Positions 52,566 to 63,391 of a stretch of 64,000 bases of DNA are shown here, piece by piece. How positions within the stretch are numbered: position 1 is the stretch's first letter; every line of letters begins with the position of its first letter. The translations under genes were made by a program, and so were the position numbers. Under the pieces are notes generated by a model. It did not search any database, was not told the DNA's origin, and saw only the letters and a program-made list of their open reading frames with translations. Source of the DNA: an uncultured candidate division Zixibacteria bacterium (GTDB lineage Bacteria; Zixibacteria; MSB-5A5; UBA10806); assembly GCA_963801605.1 (NCBI GenBank), contig CAWDFP010000006.1, positions 576,001-640,000 of the forward strand, written 5' to 3'.

Positions 52566-53760
52566 ATGACAGACGAATTTAAACAAAAACAAGACTTATC
52601 AGCGCTCAGAATTAACCATGACCGAGGCGAAAATTACGGCAGCGGAAAGCGCCTAAAAACTGTTCTTTGGATAACAATCCCGATAATTATAGTTATTGTA
52701 TTCGTGTTAATTTTCGGAAGCATTTCCGCTACCAAAGAGGTCAGGGTCGCGTCGGTATCACAATTGACACAAGCTCAAGCCCAATCAGTCCTTAGTGCCA
52801 CCGGATATGTGGTTGCCGAACGGAAAGCCTCGGTCGCGTCTAAGGGTACTGGACGACTGGAATGGCTGGGAGTTGAAGAGGGCGATACTGTCGTCAAAGG
52901 CCAAGTCATAGGCCGAATTGAAAACGCCGATATGATGGCGGCCCTGGATTTAGCCAAAGCAAATCTGGAGCAGGCCAAGGCTGAAAGCACTCAGGCCATC
53001 CTCGATTATAACCGTCAAAAACTACTTAAGGAAAAAGGATTTACCACTGATGCTGTTTTGGAAGCCAGCCAGGCAGCTTACAAGAGCGCTGATGCCGCAG
53101 TTAAGTCCGCCTCCGCCGCCGTTAAAGCGGCCGAGGTTAACCTTGAAAACACCTATATCCGGGCGCCTTTTGATGGCACTGTCCTTTCCAAGCACGCCGA
53201 TGTCGGTGAAGTGGTAGCGCCCTTTGCATCATCAGCAAGCTCTAAGGGTTCGGTTGTTGATCTTGCCGATATGAGCTCTTTGGAGGTTGAGGCTGACGTT
53301 TCCGAATCTAATATTCAAAAAGTTGAAATCGGGCAGCCGTGCGAGATAATCCTCGATGCTTATCCCGCTATCCATTATAAGGGGCACGTAAAAAAAATCG
53401 TACCAACTGCTGACCGTTCGCGCGCTACCGTGCTAACTAAGGTCTCTTTTTCCGAGATCGATAGCAAAGTTCTACCAGAGATGAGCGCCAGAATAAATTT
53501 CCTTCAGAGCGAAGCCGATTCACAGGCAGCAGCCGGCCGATACTACTCTCGCCGTGCCCAACAATGCGATTGTTACCAGAGACAACCAATCCTTGGTATA
53601 TACCATTACAGACGAAAAAGCCCGGGAAATTGCAGTTACCGTCGGTACCAGGCTTGGCAATCTCACGCAAATTACCGGGGGTTTGCGGCCCGGCCAGAAA
53701 GTGATCGTATCGCCTCCTCCGGAATTAAAGGCCGGCGATAAGGTGAAAATCGTAGAATAG
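52566..53760 (+). CDS. Efflux periplasmic adaptor subunit (MacA-like); frameshift near 53535
   Basis: ATGYVVA, VEEGD.V..GQ, IRAPFDG, VPTADR; C-terminus in ORF 53554-53760. Confidence 0.88.
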
Positions 53761-53769
53761 AGGAATGTA

Positions 53770-54444
53770 ATGTGCGCTGTTTTGGTCAAACTTGAAAAAG
53801 TGAACAAAAGTTATCACCGGGATAGCATCAAGATTCCGGTGCTTGACAATATTAATCTCGACATTCACGACGGGGAATTTCTGGCCCTTATGGGACCGTC
53901 AGGTTCCGGTAAAACCACTTTACTAAACCTAATCGGCGGGATCGATAAGCCCAGCGCGGGGAAAATTGCTGTTGGTGATATCAATATCAGCCAGCTTGGC
54001 GAATCGGCCTTAGCTTCCTGGCGGGCGCGTCATGTGGGGTTTGTCTTTCAATTTTATAATCTCATGCCGGTATTAACCGCCTTTGAAAATGTTGAGCTGC
54101 CGCTATTACTGACGCATCTTTCGAAACGGGATCGGCGACAGCATGTCGAACTGGCGCTGTCGGTAGTTGGCCTCGAGGATCGTATTCGTCACTATCCAAG
54201 GCAACTTTCCGGCGGGCAGGAACAGAGAGTGGCGATAGCACGGGCGTTAGTAACGGATCCAACCCTGATTCTTGCCGACGAGCCTACAGGCGATCTCGAT
54301 AAAAATTCTGCCCAGGAAGTTATGGCGCTTTTGGCCCGTCTTAATACCGAATTCAAGAAGACTATTATTATGGTGACCCACGACCCTCGAGCGGCTGAGA
54401 AAGCCACAGTGCACAGATATCTCGACAAGGGAGAATTGGTCTAA
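53770..54444 (+). CDS. ABC transporter ATP-binding protein (LolD/MacB-type)
   Basis: GPSGSGKTT, LSGGQEQRV, ILADEPTG, VTHD. Confidence 0.95.
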   Translation: MCAVLVKLEKVNKSYHRDSIKIPVLDNINLDIHDGEFLALMGPSGSGKTTLLNLIGGIDKPSAGKIAVGDINISQLGESALASWRARHVGFVFQFYNLMPVLTAFENVELPLLLTHLSKRDRRQHVELALSVVGLEDRIRHYPRQLSGGQEQRVAIARALVTDPTLILADEPTGDLDKNSAQEVMALLARLNTEFKKTIIMVTHDPRAAEKATVHRYLDKGELV

Positions 54445-54447
54445 GCG

Positions 54448-55608
54448 ATGTGGTATGTCAGGCTGATAGTCCGTAACGCCGGACGGCATAAACTTCGGAC
54501 CATGCTCACGATTTTGGGCCTGGCAATCGCCACGCTGGCTTTCTGTGTTATCCGAACCATGATAAGCTCCTACTATGCCAGCGCGGATATTCTGCCTCCT
54601 GATCGTCTTATAACGCGAAACGCGGTCTCTATCATTTTTGATTTGCCGCAGGCATACAAGCAGCGTATCGAAGGCGTTCAGGGAGTCACCAGTGTCGGCT
54701 ACGGTAATTGGTTTGGCGGCCTTTATAAAAACGATCAAAAGAATTTTTTCCCTAATTTCGCAGTGGGGCCGGATTATTATTTGGATATCTATTCCGAGTT
54801 TGTAGTCCCCCCGGAGGAGAAAGAGCAGTACCTCAAAGATAAATCAGGAGCCATTGCGGGAACCAAGCTTGCGGAGCGTTTTGGCTGGAAAATAGGCGAC
54901 CCGATTCGTCTAACCGGTCAAATTTACCCGGGCGATTGGGATTTTATTTTACGAGGCATCTATAAAGGCGACAAGCCCGGAGTGGATGAAAATTCATTCC
55001 TCTTTCATTATGAATATCTCGATGATAAGATGAAAACAACAGTCCCGGAAATGTCCGGGCGCGTAGGCTGGTATGTTGTGAAGATCGCCGATCCATCGCA
55101 AGGCCCGGAGATAAGCGCCACCATTGACGCCATGTTTAAAAATTCGTCTGCGGAGACTATTACCGAAACTGAAAAAGCATTCAGTCTGGGGTTTTTAGCT
55201 CAAATGGACGCTATCATAACCGGTTTGCGTATCATGAGTTTCCTGATAATCGGGATCATTTTATTAGTTTTGGTAAATACAATGGCCATGAGCGCCCGAG
55301 AAAGAATTTCGGAATATGCAGTCCTAAAAACGTTGGGGTTCAGACCTTATCATTTAAGCGGTCTTATTTTAGGCGAATCGCTTCTTATCGCGTTGGTGGG
55401 CGGTGGCCTGGGAGTATTCCTTACATTCCCGATGCTTCAAGGGCTGGGAAAGGTGCTTCAAAACTTTTTCTCGGGTTTTCAAATCACCGGACTTACGTTT
55501 TTACTGGCCGCCATATTTGTATTCCTGGTGGGGATATTGGCGTCGTTTTTCCCCATATATAGAGCGATTAAAATTAAAATCGTCGAAGGGTTGCGCAACG
55601 TAGGCTGA
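54448..55608 (+). CDS. ABC transporter permease (MacB/FtsX family)
   Basis: RTMLTILG, ERISEYAVLKTLGF, four TM layout. Confidence 0.9.
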   Translation: MWYVRLIVRNAGRHKLRTMLTILGLAIATLAFCVIRTMISSYYASADILPPDRLITRNAVSIIFDLPQAYKQRIEGVQGVTSVGYGNWFGGLYKNDQKNFFPNFAVGPDYYLDIYSEFVVPPEEKEQYLKDKSGAIAGTKLAERFGWKIGDPIRLTGQIYPGDWDFILRGIYKGDKPGVDENSFLFHYEYLDDKMKTTVPEMSGRVGWYVVKIADPSQGPEISATIDAMFKNSSAETITETEKAFSLGFLAQMDAIITGLRIMSFLIIGIILLVLVNTMAMSARERISEYAVLKTLGFRPYHLSGLILGESLLIALVGGGLGVFLTFPMLQGLGKVLQNFFSGFQITGLTFLLAAIFVFLVGILASFFPIYRAIKIKIVEGLRNVG

Positions 55609-55613
55609 TAAGT

Positions 55614-56780
55614 ATGATGGTTCCCTTTAAATATTCTTTTCGAAGTCTGGTGGCTCGTCGCATGACCACTTTGCTCACGATTTTTGGCGTAACTCTGGTT
55701 GTTTTTGTTTTTGCGGCGGTTTTGATGCTGGCGGATGGCCTTAAAAAAACGTTGGTGGCCTCGGGCAGTGATGAAAATGCTATCATCATCAGAGAATCAT
55801 CCAGCACCGAGATTCAAAGTTTCGTCACTCGCTACCAGGCGGGCGTTATTCAAACCCTGCCCGATATTGCCTTAGATCAAAACGACCAACCATTGGTCAC
55901 CGGCGAATGCGTAGTGCTCATAAATAAAAACCGAATTGGCACCCAGAAGTTTGCCAATGTCATGGTTCGCGGCATCGAGCCAATGTCTCTCTCGGTTCAT
56001 AAAGGGGTAAAGATTACAGCGGGACGAATGTTCGATTTTGGGAAAACCGAGATTATTGTGGGCAAAAAAATAAGCGATGGTTTCGAGGGCTGCAAGTTGG
56101 GGGAAACTATCACATTCGGTATGACCGATTGGACGATTGTGGGGATATTCGAGGCCGGTGGCGCGTCATTTGAATCTGAAATCTGGGGTGATGTTAATCA
56201 GCTTATGCCGGCGTTTGGACGGCCCGTCTTTTCCTCGATGACCTTTCGCATGAAAGATCCGTCACGCTTCGCCGATATTCGCGACAAAATTACATCCGAT
56301 CCCAGAATGACTGTCGATGTCAAGCGCGAAAAACAGTATTATGACGAGCAATCCGCATTCACCGCTAATTTTATTAAGATTTTGGGACAAATCATCAGCA
56401 CAGTATTCAGCCTCGGGGCCATCATCGGCGCCATGATCACCATGTATGCGGCCGTGGCCAATCGCACCAGGGAGATCGCCACCATGCGCGCTTTGGGATT
56501 CAGGCGGCGAAACATTTTGAGCGCCTTCCTCCTGGAAGCATTGGCAATTTCTTTTTTGGGAGGAGCACTCGGTTTGGTGGCGGCTTCGTTCTTACAGTTT
56601 TTGAGCGTATCAACGATTAACTGGAATACGTTTTCCGATCTTACTTTCAAGTTTGCCCTGTCGCCGGGGATAATCATTAACACCATGATATTCGCGTTGA
56701 TGATGGGTTTCCTTGGCGGATTTCTTCCGGCGGTCAGAGCCTCGCGTATCAAGATTATCGAAGCTTTAAGAGCGGAATAA
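55614..56780 (+). CDS. ABC transporter permease (MacB/FtsX family)
   Basis: RTREIATMRALGF, GGFLPAVRA. Confidence 0.9.
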   Translation: MMVPFKYSFRSLVARRMTTLLTIFGVTLVVFVFAAVLMLADGLKKTLVASGSDENAIIIRESSSTEIQSFVTRYQAGVIQTLPDIALDQNDQPLVTGECVVLINKNRIGTQKFANVMVRGIEPMSLSVHKGVKITAGRMFDFGKTEIIVGKKISDGFEGCKLGETITFGMTDWTIVGIFEAGGASFESEIWGDVNQLMPAFGRPVFSSMTFRMKDPSRFADIRDKITSDPRMTVDVKREKQYYDEQSAFTANFIKILGQIISTVFSLGAIIGAMITMYAAVANRTREIATMRALGFRRRNILSAFLLEALAISFLGGALGLVAASFLQFLSVSTINWNTFSDLTFKFALSPGIIINTMIFALMMGFLGGFLPAVRASRIKIIEALRAE

Positions 56781-56801
56781 TAGAAGTAATGCGATTTCGA
56801 T

Positions 56802-56833
56802 AAAAAAAGGCGCCGGAGCAATCCAGCGCCTTT
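56802..56833. terminator. Bidirectional terminator
   Basis: AAAAAAAGGCGC...GCGCCTTTT between convergent genes. Confidence 0.7.
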
Positions 56834-56847
56834 TCTAATACCGTCTT

Positions 56848-57690
56848 TTATTTGCCCGGCTTTATGGCCTTTACTCTTATGCTGGCAACGACCTTTTCAA
56901 CCTCAGCCGCAATTTTTTCGATGGGTTGATCCATCTTCTTTATGATAGCGTTGGCGGTAGGATCATCGGCCATATACTCCAGTCCGAACGATTTTTCGCT
57001 CATGACTTCGACATTTATAAAGCCGGCGTCCTCGATTATCTTGAGGTATTCACTCTTAAGGCTTGCCCCCGAAAGGCAGCCGACATAAGCGTCGAGCGAT
57101 TTAGCAATAAACTCGGGTAGCGCTCCCAAAAGGACAATGTCCGATACCATTAGCCGTCCGCCTGGCTTAAGCGTTCGGAAAGCCTCGGAAAAAACGCGCG
57201 CTTTATCGGGCACCAGGTTTATAACGCAGTTTGAGATGATGATATCGACCGAGGAATCAGCCACCGGAAGAGTTTCGATCTCGCCCAAGCGAAATTCGAC
57301 ATTAGTATAGTTGCCTTTCTTGGCATTGATTCGCGCTTTTTCAATCATCTCGGGCGTCATATCTACTCCGATTACCTTGCCTTTGGACCCGACTTTATTA
57401 GCCGCCAGGAAGCAGTCAAAACCGGCGCCGGAGCCAAGATCGAGAACGGTCTCGCCTGGTTCGAGCAATGCCAATGCTATAGGGTTACCGCATCCCAAAC
57501 CAAGATTGGATTCATCCGGGACCGTCGATAACTCTTCTTTGCTATAGCCGATACCTTTACTGATGAGGTCGGCCGAGTTGGCGCTTCCACAGCACGATGT
57601 TTTCGCCGATCCACAGCAAGAGCTTCCTTTTTTCGCGATTTGGGCATAACCCTCGCGAACCGCTTTTTTTAGCTTTAAATCGTCTTCCAT
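56848..57690 (-). CDS. arsM: Arsenite methyltransferase
   Basis: N-terminal CC pairs, LGLGCGNP, LDLGSGAGFD, ISNCVINL, GCLSGA. Confidence 0.92.
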   Translation of the reverse strand: MEDDLKLKKAVREGYAQIAKKGSSCCGSAKTSCCGSANSADLISKGIGYSKEELSTVPDESNLGLGCGNPIALALLEPGETVLDLGSGAGFDCFLAANKVGSKGKVIGVDMTPEMIEKARINAKKGNYTNVEFRLGEIETLPVADSSVDIIISNCVINLVPDKARVFSEAFRTLKPGGRLMVSDIVLLGALPEFIAKSLDAYVGCLSGASLKSEYLKIIEDAGFINVEVMSEKSFGLEYMADDPTANAIIKKMDQPIEKIAAEVEKVVASIRVKAIKPGK

Positions 57691-57723
57691 ATTTATCTCC
57701 TTCTAAATGTATTTATATTAAAG

Positions 57724-58002
57724 CTATCCAGTTATTTCTTTCATCATCGGTCCGAGAGCAACCTTGACCATTCCCGCAAACTCATTGGCCTTCATTAGCG
57801 AGATGCAACAAACTTTCCCATTATCTTCCCAGCTGATGATAGCCAGCTTGTCTCCGGCTTCGATTCCTGCTTTTTCGCGTATCTCCTTTGGCAGGACCAT
57901 CTGTCCGCGCTCGTCCACGCTAACCACTGCCTCCACAACGCAGCAGGCCGCCGCTCCCTTGGCGTCTCCGGGTCCACAACAGCTTTTCGTTTTCTTTGGC
58001 AT
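57724..58002 (-). CDS. AbrB-type Cys-rich regulator, HgcC-like (hgcAB-associated family)
   Basis: CCVVEAVVSVDERGQMVLPKEIREKAGI..GDKL..VCC. Confidence 0.8.
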   Translation of the reverse strand: MPKKTKSCCGPGDAKGAAACCVVEAVVSVDERGQMVLPKEIREKAGIEAGDKLAIISWEDNGKVCCISLMKANEFAGMVKVALGPMMKEITG

Positions 58003-58040
58003 TTTATTTTTCCTTCCGTATCTGTTGACTAATCATCCTA

Positions 58041-58084
58041 TTCTGAATACGCTGAAATATCAGAAAAGGTTGCGTTTTTGTCAA
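58041..58084 (-). promoter_or_regulatory. Promoter with overlapping inverted-repeat operator
   Basis: Minus strand TTGACA-17 nt-GATATT; TTCTGA-N13-TCAGAA inverted repeat over the -10. Confidence 0.55.
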
Positions 58085-58213
58085 GAGATTTTTATAAGGT
58101 TGTTTTTAGGAGAACCAGGGGCGGCGTAAGCCATTGCAATAGCGGTTGTTATACTGCCAGGAAAGCCCTCAACGCGAACATTTGTTTATACTTAATGGGG
58201 CAAAAATATTGAA

Positions 58214-59863
58214 TTATTTAATTAATGTACACCTTTTAACCTGGCTCAAATCTCCAACCTGGAGACGATAATAATATAGACCCGACGATAAATCGCCCGC
58301 ATTCCATACTACGGAGTGCATCCCGGCGTCCTGATATTCATTTTGAAGCGAACCTATTTTTCGGCCCAGAAGATCGTAAATATCCAGCGAGACATAAGAT
58401 CGCTTTGCCAGTTCATAGCTGATCGTGGTTTGAGCGTTGAAAGGATTGGGATAATTGGAGCATAGGGTAAATTGGTCGGGGACCTTAGGAATATCTTCAA
58501 TTCCCGAGAGAATCAGATTAACCGCGCGGGCGCAGTTAATCCGGCCCGCGCCAAGCAAACCGTTATTGTTTGGAATGGTATCAGCAGAAATCTTGATGAT
58601 ATTCTCAATCTGATCATTAGTATAACCCGGATGCCAGGCACAGACCAGGGCGGCCAGACCAGAGACCAGTCCGGCCGAGAAGGAAGTGCCGGAATAGTTA
58701 ACAAATTCAGATTGACCATAGGTAGTCCATATATCCGCACCCGGAGCGCAAATATCCACCCATGGCCCATATCCTGAGAATGGCGCTCGGTGATCCAGGT
58801 TGTCGGTTGCAGCTACGGCCATAACATGATTGTATCCTGCCGGGTAAACCCTGGAGGTGTCGCTGCCTCCTCCTGCGGAAGCGATAATCAACGCTCCCTC
58901 TGCCCAGGCAGCATCCATTAAATTTTGTCCGGCTTGGCTGAATGGTGAGGCCCACGAGCAATTAATAATCTGCGCTCCCATGTCCGCGGCGTAGATAAAA
59001 GCCTGATAAAGATTTGTACCGCCATTGGTATCGTTAAAGCCTTTTAAGCACATTATCCTGGCGTTAAAACCTATGCCTGCTCCTAAAAGAGAATTGTCAG
59101 CTACCTCGGATGCGCAACCGGCGACGGCGGTTCCGTGCGGCACGGCATCGTCTGATGGGTCCGAATCGTTATTTCCAAAATCATAGCCAACGACATCATC
59201 AATAAAGCCGTTACTGTCATCGTCTATCCCATTTAGATCGCCATTGTCAAAGATGCCGTTGTGATTGATATCCTCTCCCAAATTTATCCAGATATTTGCA
59301 GCCAGATCGGGATGATCCCAATGCACGCCGGAGTCGACTATTCCGATTATAGCATGTTTGGTGGTGTCGCCGCGGACCAGGTCCCAAGCCTGATATGCCT
59401 GGGTAAAGGACAAGTACCACTGGTCACTCGCTCGGGGATCATTTGGCACGTAATTTAGATGAGGGAGATACAGCAACTCGGCAAATTCGATCCACGGATT
59501 GTCCGCGAACACCTGCAAAAGGGATGTAGCATCAACGTCATCCGTGAAGGTAAATATATAGATTCTGGAAATTTCTCGGAGGAGAGTTGGCTTGGTGAGC
59601 CGTCCCCGAAAAAGCGGTTCTACCGATACAACGCCGTATTGCCTGCAAAGCTCGTCAACCGAAACGACTCCGGTTATGGCAAATCCTGCATCCGCCTGGC
59701 CTGTTAAATATGACGGAGCATCATACTCATTGGTAATCAAAATTTGATTGGCGATATATTTTTGCCCGTTGGTAAGCTCTGCAATTTTTATCCCGCTATC
59801 AGCAATAGCGAGAAGCGGCAATAAAAATATCAACCCCAAAACAAATATAAATACTAACTTCAT
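58214..59863 (-). CDS. Secreted S8 subtilase with C-terminal sorting domain
   Basis: IVDSG, HGTAVAG, SGTSFS triad; C-terminal NYPNPFN..T.I.Y..IYDLLGR..SGLYYYRL. Confidence 0.9.
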   Translation of the reverse strand: MKLVFIFVLGLIFLLPLLAIADSGIKIAELTNGQKYIANQILITNEYDAPSYLTGQADAGFAITGVVSVDELCRQYGVVSVEPLFRGRLTKPTLLREISRIYIFTFTDDVDATSLLQVFADNPWIEFAELLYLPHLNYVPNDPRASDQWYLSFTQAYQAWDLVRGDTTKHAIIGIVDSGVHWDHPDLAANIWINLGEDINHNGIFDNGDLNGIDDDSNGFIDDVVGYDFGNNDSDPSDDAVPHGTAVAGCASEVADNSLLGAGIGFNARIMCLKGFNDTNGGTNLYQAFIYAADMGAQIINCSWASPFSQAGQNLMDAAWAEGALIIASAGGGSDTSRVYPAGYNHVMAVAATDNLDHRAPFSGYGPWVDICAPGADIWTTYGQSEFVNYSGTSFSAGLVSGLAALVCAWHPGYTNDQIENIIKISADTIPNNNGLLGAGRINCARAVNLILSGIEDIPKVPDQFTLCSNYPNPFNAQTTISYELAKRSYVSLDIYDLLGRKIGSLQNEYQDAGMHSVVWNAGDLSSGLYYYRLQVGDLSQVKRCTLIK

Positions 59864-60065
59864 GGCACATCTCCTTTTCTTCAAAGATCTAAATTTCCCA
59901 AATCAAGACAGAAGCAAGGATAATGATTAATACATATAATTTATCTCGAAACCCGGCGCTGTCAAGTTATTCATAACAATTATGTTACATGATTACAAGT
60001 TAATACCTGCCAGTTATTTCTTTACTATTGTTATCTATAGCATTAAATTTAACACAGAGGTCTCT

Positions 60066-60965
60066 ATGCTTACCGGTGTCCACTTTCTTTTAACCTATAA
60101 ATGCGTTTATGAATGCGACCATTGCTTCCTGTATTGCGGCCCATCCTCGGAAGGCGTTTTTACGCTCGATAAAATAAAAGCGGTCTTGGCCCAGATGGAA
60201 GAAATCGCAACTGTGAACACAGCTTATTTCGAGGGCGGCGAGCCGTTTTTATACTACCCGCTACTGGTCGAATCGCTTCGCCTGGCGAAGGGAATGGGAT
60301 TTGAAGTTGGAGTTGTCACCAACGCTTATTGGGCTACGTCTAAAGAAGATGCCCGGCTGTGGCTTCGGCCTCTGGCAGAAATTGGAATTAGCGATCTGAG
60401 CGTTTCGGGCGACACATTTCACGGCGAAAATGATAAAAATCCGCAATTCGCGGTCGAGGCCGCAAAAGAACTTGGGATTCCCTGCAGCTCCATTTGTATC
60501 GAGGCGCCTAAAATAATCCATGATGATAAAAAATGGCAGGGCGAACCGGTGGTTGGGGGCGACGTTCTCTTCAAGGGGCGTGCCGTTGATAAATTATCGG
60601 AAAACCTTCCGCGGCGTGATTATGCTATTTTCAATGAGTGCCCTCACGAGGAACTGGCTGATCCCGGAAGAGTCCATATCGACGCCTTCGGCTTTGTGCA
60701 TCTCTGCCAGGGACTTACGATTGGAAATATTAATCAAGTCTCCTTAAGGAAAATATTTGAAACGTACAAGCCCGAGTTACATCCTATAATTGCTCCCCTA
60801 ATAAAAGGCGGGCCGGCCGAACTCGCCCGAACCTTTGATTTTGACACAAGCGCCGGCTATATCGATGCTTGTCATCTCTGTTTTGAGGTTCGTCGGAAGC
60901 TGTTGGATAAATACCCCGAATACCTGGCTCCCAGGCAGGTTTACGGTGTTATCGACGATTTATAA
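60066..60965 (+). CDS. Radical SAM protein
   Basis: CVYECDHC, EGGEPFL, VTNAYW, C-terminal Cys cluster. Confidence 0.87.
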   Translation: MLTGVHFLLTYKCVYECDHCFLYCGPSSEGVFTLDKIKAVLAQMEEIATVNTAYFEGGEPFLYYPLLVESLRLAKGMGFEVGVVTNAYWATSKEDARLWLRPLAEIGISDLSVSGDTFHGENDKNPQFAVEAAKELGIPCSSICIEAPKIIHDDKKWQGEPVVGGDVLFKGRAVDKLSENLPRRDYAIFNECPHEELADPGRVHIDAFGFVHLCQGLTIGNINQVSLRKIFETYKPELHPIIAPLIKGGPAELARTFDFDTSAGYIDACHLCFEVRRKLLDKYPEYLAPRQVYGVIDDL

Positions 60966-61474
60966 TTCTACGCTCTTTTGAAGTACTCCCTCATGCTCAA
61001 GCAGCCATTTTTTGCGCCAAATCTTACCGCCGTACCCTACAAGCTCACCGCTTTTCCCGATTACCCGATGACAAGGTACTACTATTGATATTGGATTTGA
61101 ACCGTTGGCACGGCCAACGGCCCGCGAGGCGTTAGGGATTCCAAGTTTTGCCGCAATTGAGCCATAATTGACCGTTTGTCCGAATGGAATTTCCATAAGT
61201 CGTTTCCAAACCGATTTCTGAAATTCGGTTCCGGTAAAAATAAGGGGCAGATTGAAATGTTTTAATTTGCCGTCAAAATAGGCGCTTAGCTGTTCTTGAG
61301 TGATTCCAGGACAAGTGAATCACCCTCCTCAAGTGACGTTTGATATTGCTTTTCCAAGGCAATTAGATCCTTTTTGTCGGTACAATCCATAAAATTAAGA
61401 TAGCAAAGCTTGCCCTCATGTTCGGCTCCGAGCATCGCATCTATGGGGGTCTTCAGGGTTGTGTATTTAATCAT
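60960..61474 (-). CDS. ogt: Methylated-DNA-protein-cysteine S-methyltransferase; frameshift near 61297
   Basis: GTEFQKSVW, RAVGRANGSNP, VPCHRV; N-terminus in ORF 61286-61474. Confidence 0.9.
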
Positions 61475-61611
61475 TTTATTTCTCCTTCAATTTATATTCA
61501 TAAATATGAGCCAAAAACTAAGAATATCCACCCGAATCTTGCTTGAATCAAAGATAATTAAACCGTAAAAAAGCTCCTTGTTTTTTGGATAATTGATGCT
61601 ATCTTTTGGGC

Positions 61612-62049
61612 ATGAAGCGGCTAATATTAATTCCCTTACTGTTTATTTCGATTTATTCAATTGCGGCAGGCCAAAACCAGACACCAGCGGATATTAAAAA
61701 CGCGGATTCCCTGGCGATACCCGTTTCTCCACCTATAACGCCACCCTTTGATTCTCTTAAGCTCCATTCGGGGGACTCGGTTTTTATATTCGGTGGCGAA
61801 CTCTATTTCCGGGCCCGCACTAACGGTAAAGAATTCTTTATTTCGCGCGATGAATTACTTGCTCACTCTGATTCCCTCATCATTTACCAGTACTACAGGC
61901 TTGGAGCCGGATCAGAGATTACTCAAAAAGCAGATAGCGCTTCCGTAAAAATAGAACGTAAACGCTGCACTATGATCACCCAGGACGGCACCCGTTGTAA
62001 ACGTCTGGCCCAACCCGGTACAGACAGGTGCTGGCAACATAAAAAGTGA
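61612..62049 (+). CDS. Secreted hypothetical protein with C-terminal Cys3His motif
   Basis: Signal peptide; RCTMITQDGTRCKR......CWQH. Confidence 0.65.
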   Translation: MKRLILIPLLFISIYSIAAGQNQTPADIKNADSLAIPVSPPITPPFDSLKLHSGDSVFIFGGELYFRARTNGKEFFISRDELLAHSDSLIIYQYYRLGAGSEITQKADSASVKIERKRCTMITQDGTRCKRLAQPGTDRCWQHKK

Positions 62050-63222
62050 GAATCCCGTTGTATTTGAAATTGCTTTTTCTTGGCGCCATCGCGTTGGCCT
62101 TTTCGCCGCATGCTTCGGCGGGACCGCCCGACACGCTTAAATTCTCGTCGATTCAATACGTTAAGATTCAGCAAGAGCTTTACAGCGAACCGGTCAAGAA
62201 AATCTGCCTGAAAAGTGAAAACGATGACGCTTATCCAGCGGTGGTGGTGTTCAACGGGAAGATTCTTTTTCTGGGACCTGATGGCAAAGAGATTAGGCAA
62301 GATAGTCTTCCGCAGGCTAAGGAAACTAAGGTTACTCAATCCGCCGAGGGGAATCTTGTTTATGTTTTCGGTCCTTTAAGCGACAGCACCAAAGGCGCAT
62401 TTCATAGACTTTATAAGTCTACGGGCGAAATTATATTAAGTAAAATCGATAGCGCCTCATTGGGAGCGGTTGGGATGGGCATACCGCTGGAACGCGAGAA
62501 TGCTTTTATTCTGGGTGGGTTTGGGAAAGCAACGCTTACAAAATTTGACGGTAGCCCGGTGGCCCAAAAGCAGTTTCTAAACAAGGAAATCTATGAGGAT
62601 GGCGACATTTATACCTCAGTAATCCCGGTCGAGAACACTATCTTTATGGCCGTAAATCGGTTTAAAGTACCCATAGGAAACGATAACAGTGTCAAACCGA
62701 TTCTCTATGCTTTTGATTCCAAGCTCAATGAGATTTTCAATGATACTCTCGATGGCGCCATCGCGTTGTCGCTTACGACGAGCGAAAATGGTAAATTTCT
62801 GATTCTGAGAGAGGAGTCCTCAGATACCGGCAGCCCGCTTTGGATAGTTGATTTCTCCGGAAAAAGGCTCAAGAGCTTTGCAAATCCCAGGGTCGTCGCT
62901 ATAGCCGCAGAGGGCAATTATTTGATTCAGGTGCCGCGCGGAGGGAGACCCGAAATTTATTCAACATTGGATTGGAGTCTGCTTTATACACCAGACTATA
63001 CCGCCGATGCCATATCCCTGGATTGAAGCCGCAATTTCGAGTAACGGGTCCTTAGCGATTCTTTACAATGGCGATGATCTGGCACTTGTGGATATTAGTA
63101 GTAAATCATGGAGTGTGGTGCATTTCCCATACGCTTTCGAAAATTGCAGGCTATATGAAAACGGCCAAAAGCTCATGTTTCGCGGCGAATTTGGCTATAT
63201 AATTTACCGGCTTAGCCCCTAA
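62046..63222 (+). CDS. Secreted probable beta-propeller protein; frameshift near 63015
   Basis: Signal peptide ASA; repeated S.EG/NG..L strands; tail in ORF 63007-63222. Confidence 0.6.
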
Positions 63223-63391
63223 AGCGGAAAACCGAAATAGAAATTCGTTTAATATCCTAGGTTTGACAAACGGCCTAATGCGATTTATTAACAAGTGGCA
63301 ATCATTACTCTTTATTATCCCCATAAAAATAGCTTTATATCCCAAAACTTTAGCCGATAATTATAAGCGGGGATGAAAAAAGGAAGATATT

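Noticed and set aside
57724..58002. MazE-type antitoxin of a toxin-antitoxin pair, or evidence of mercury methylation
   Set aside because: No toxin gene follows, and hgcAB are absent from the window.
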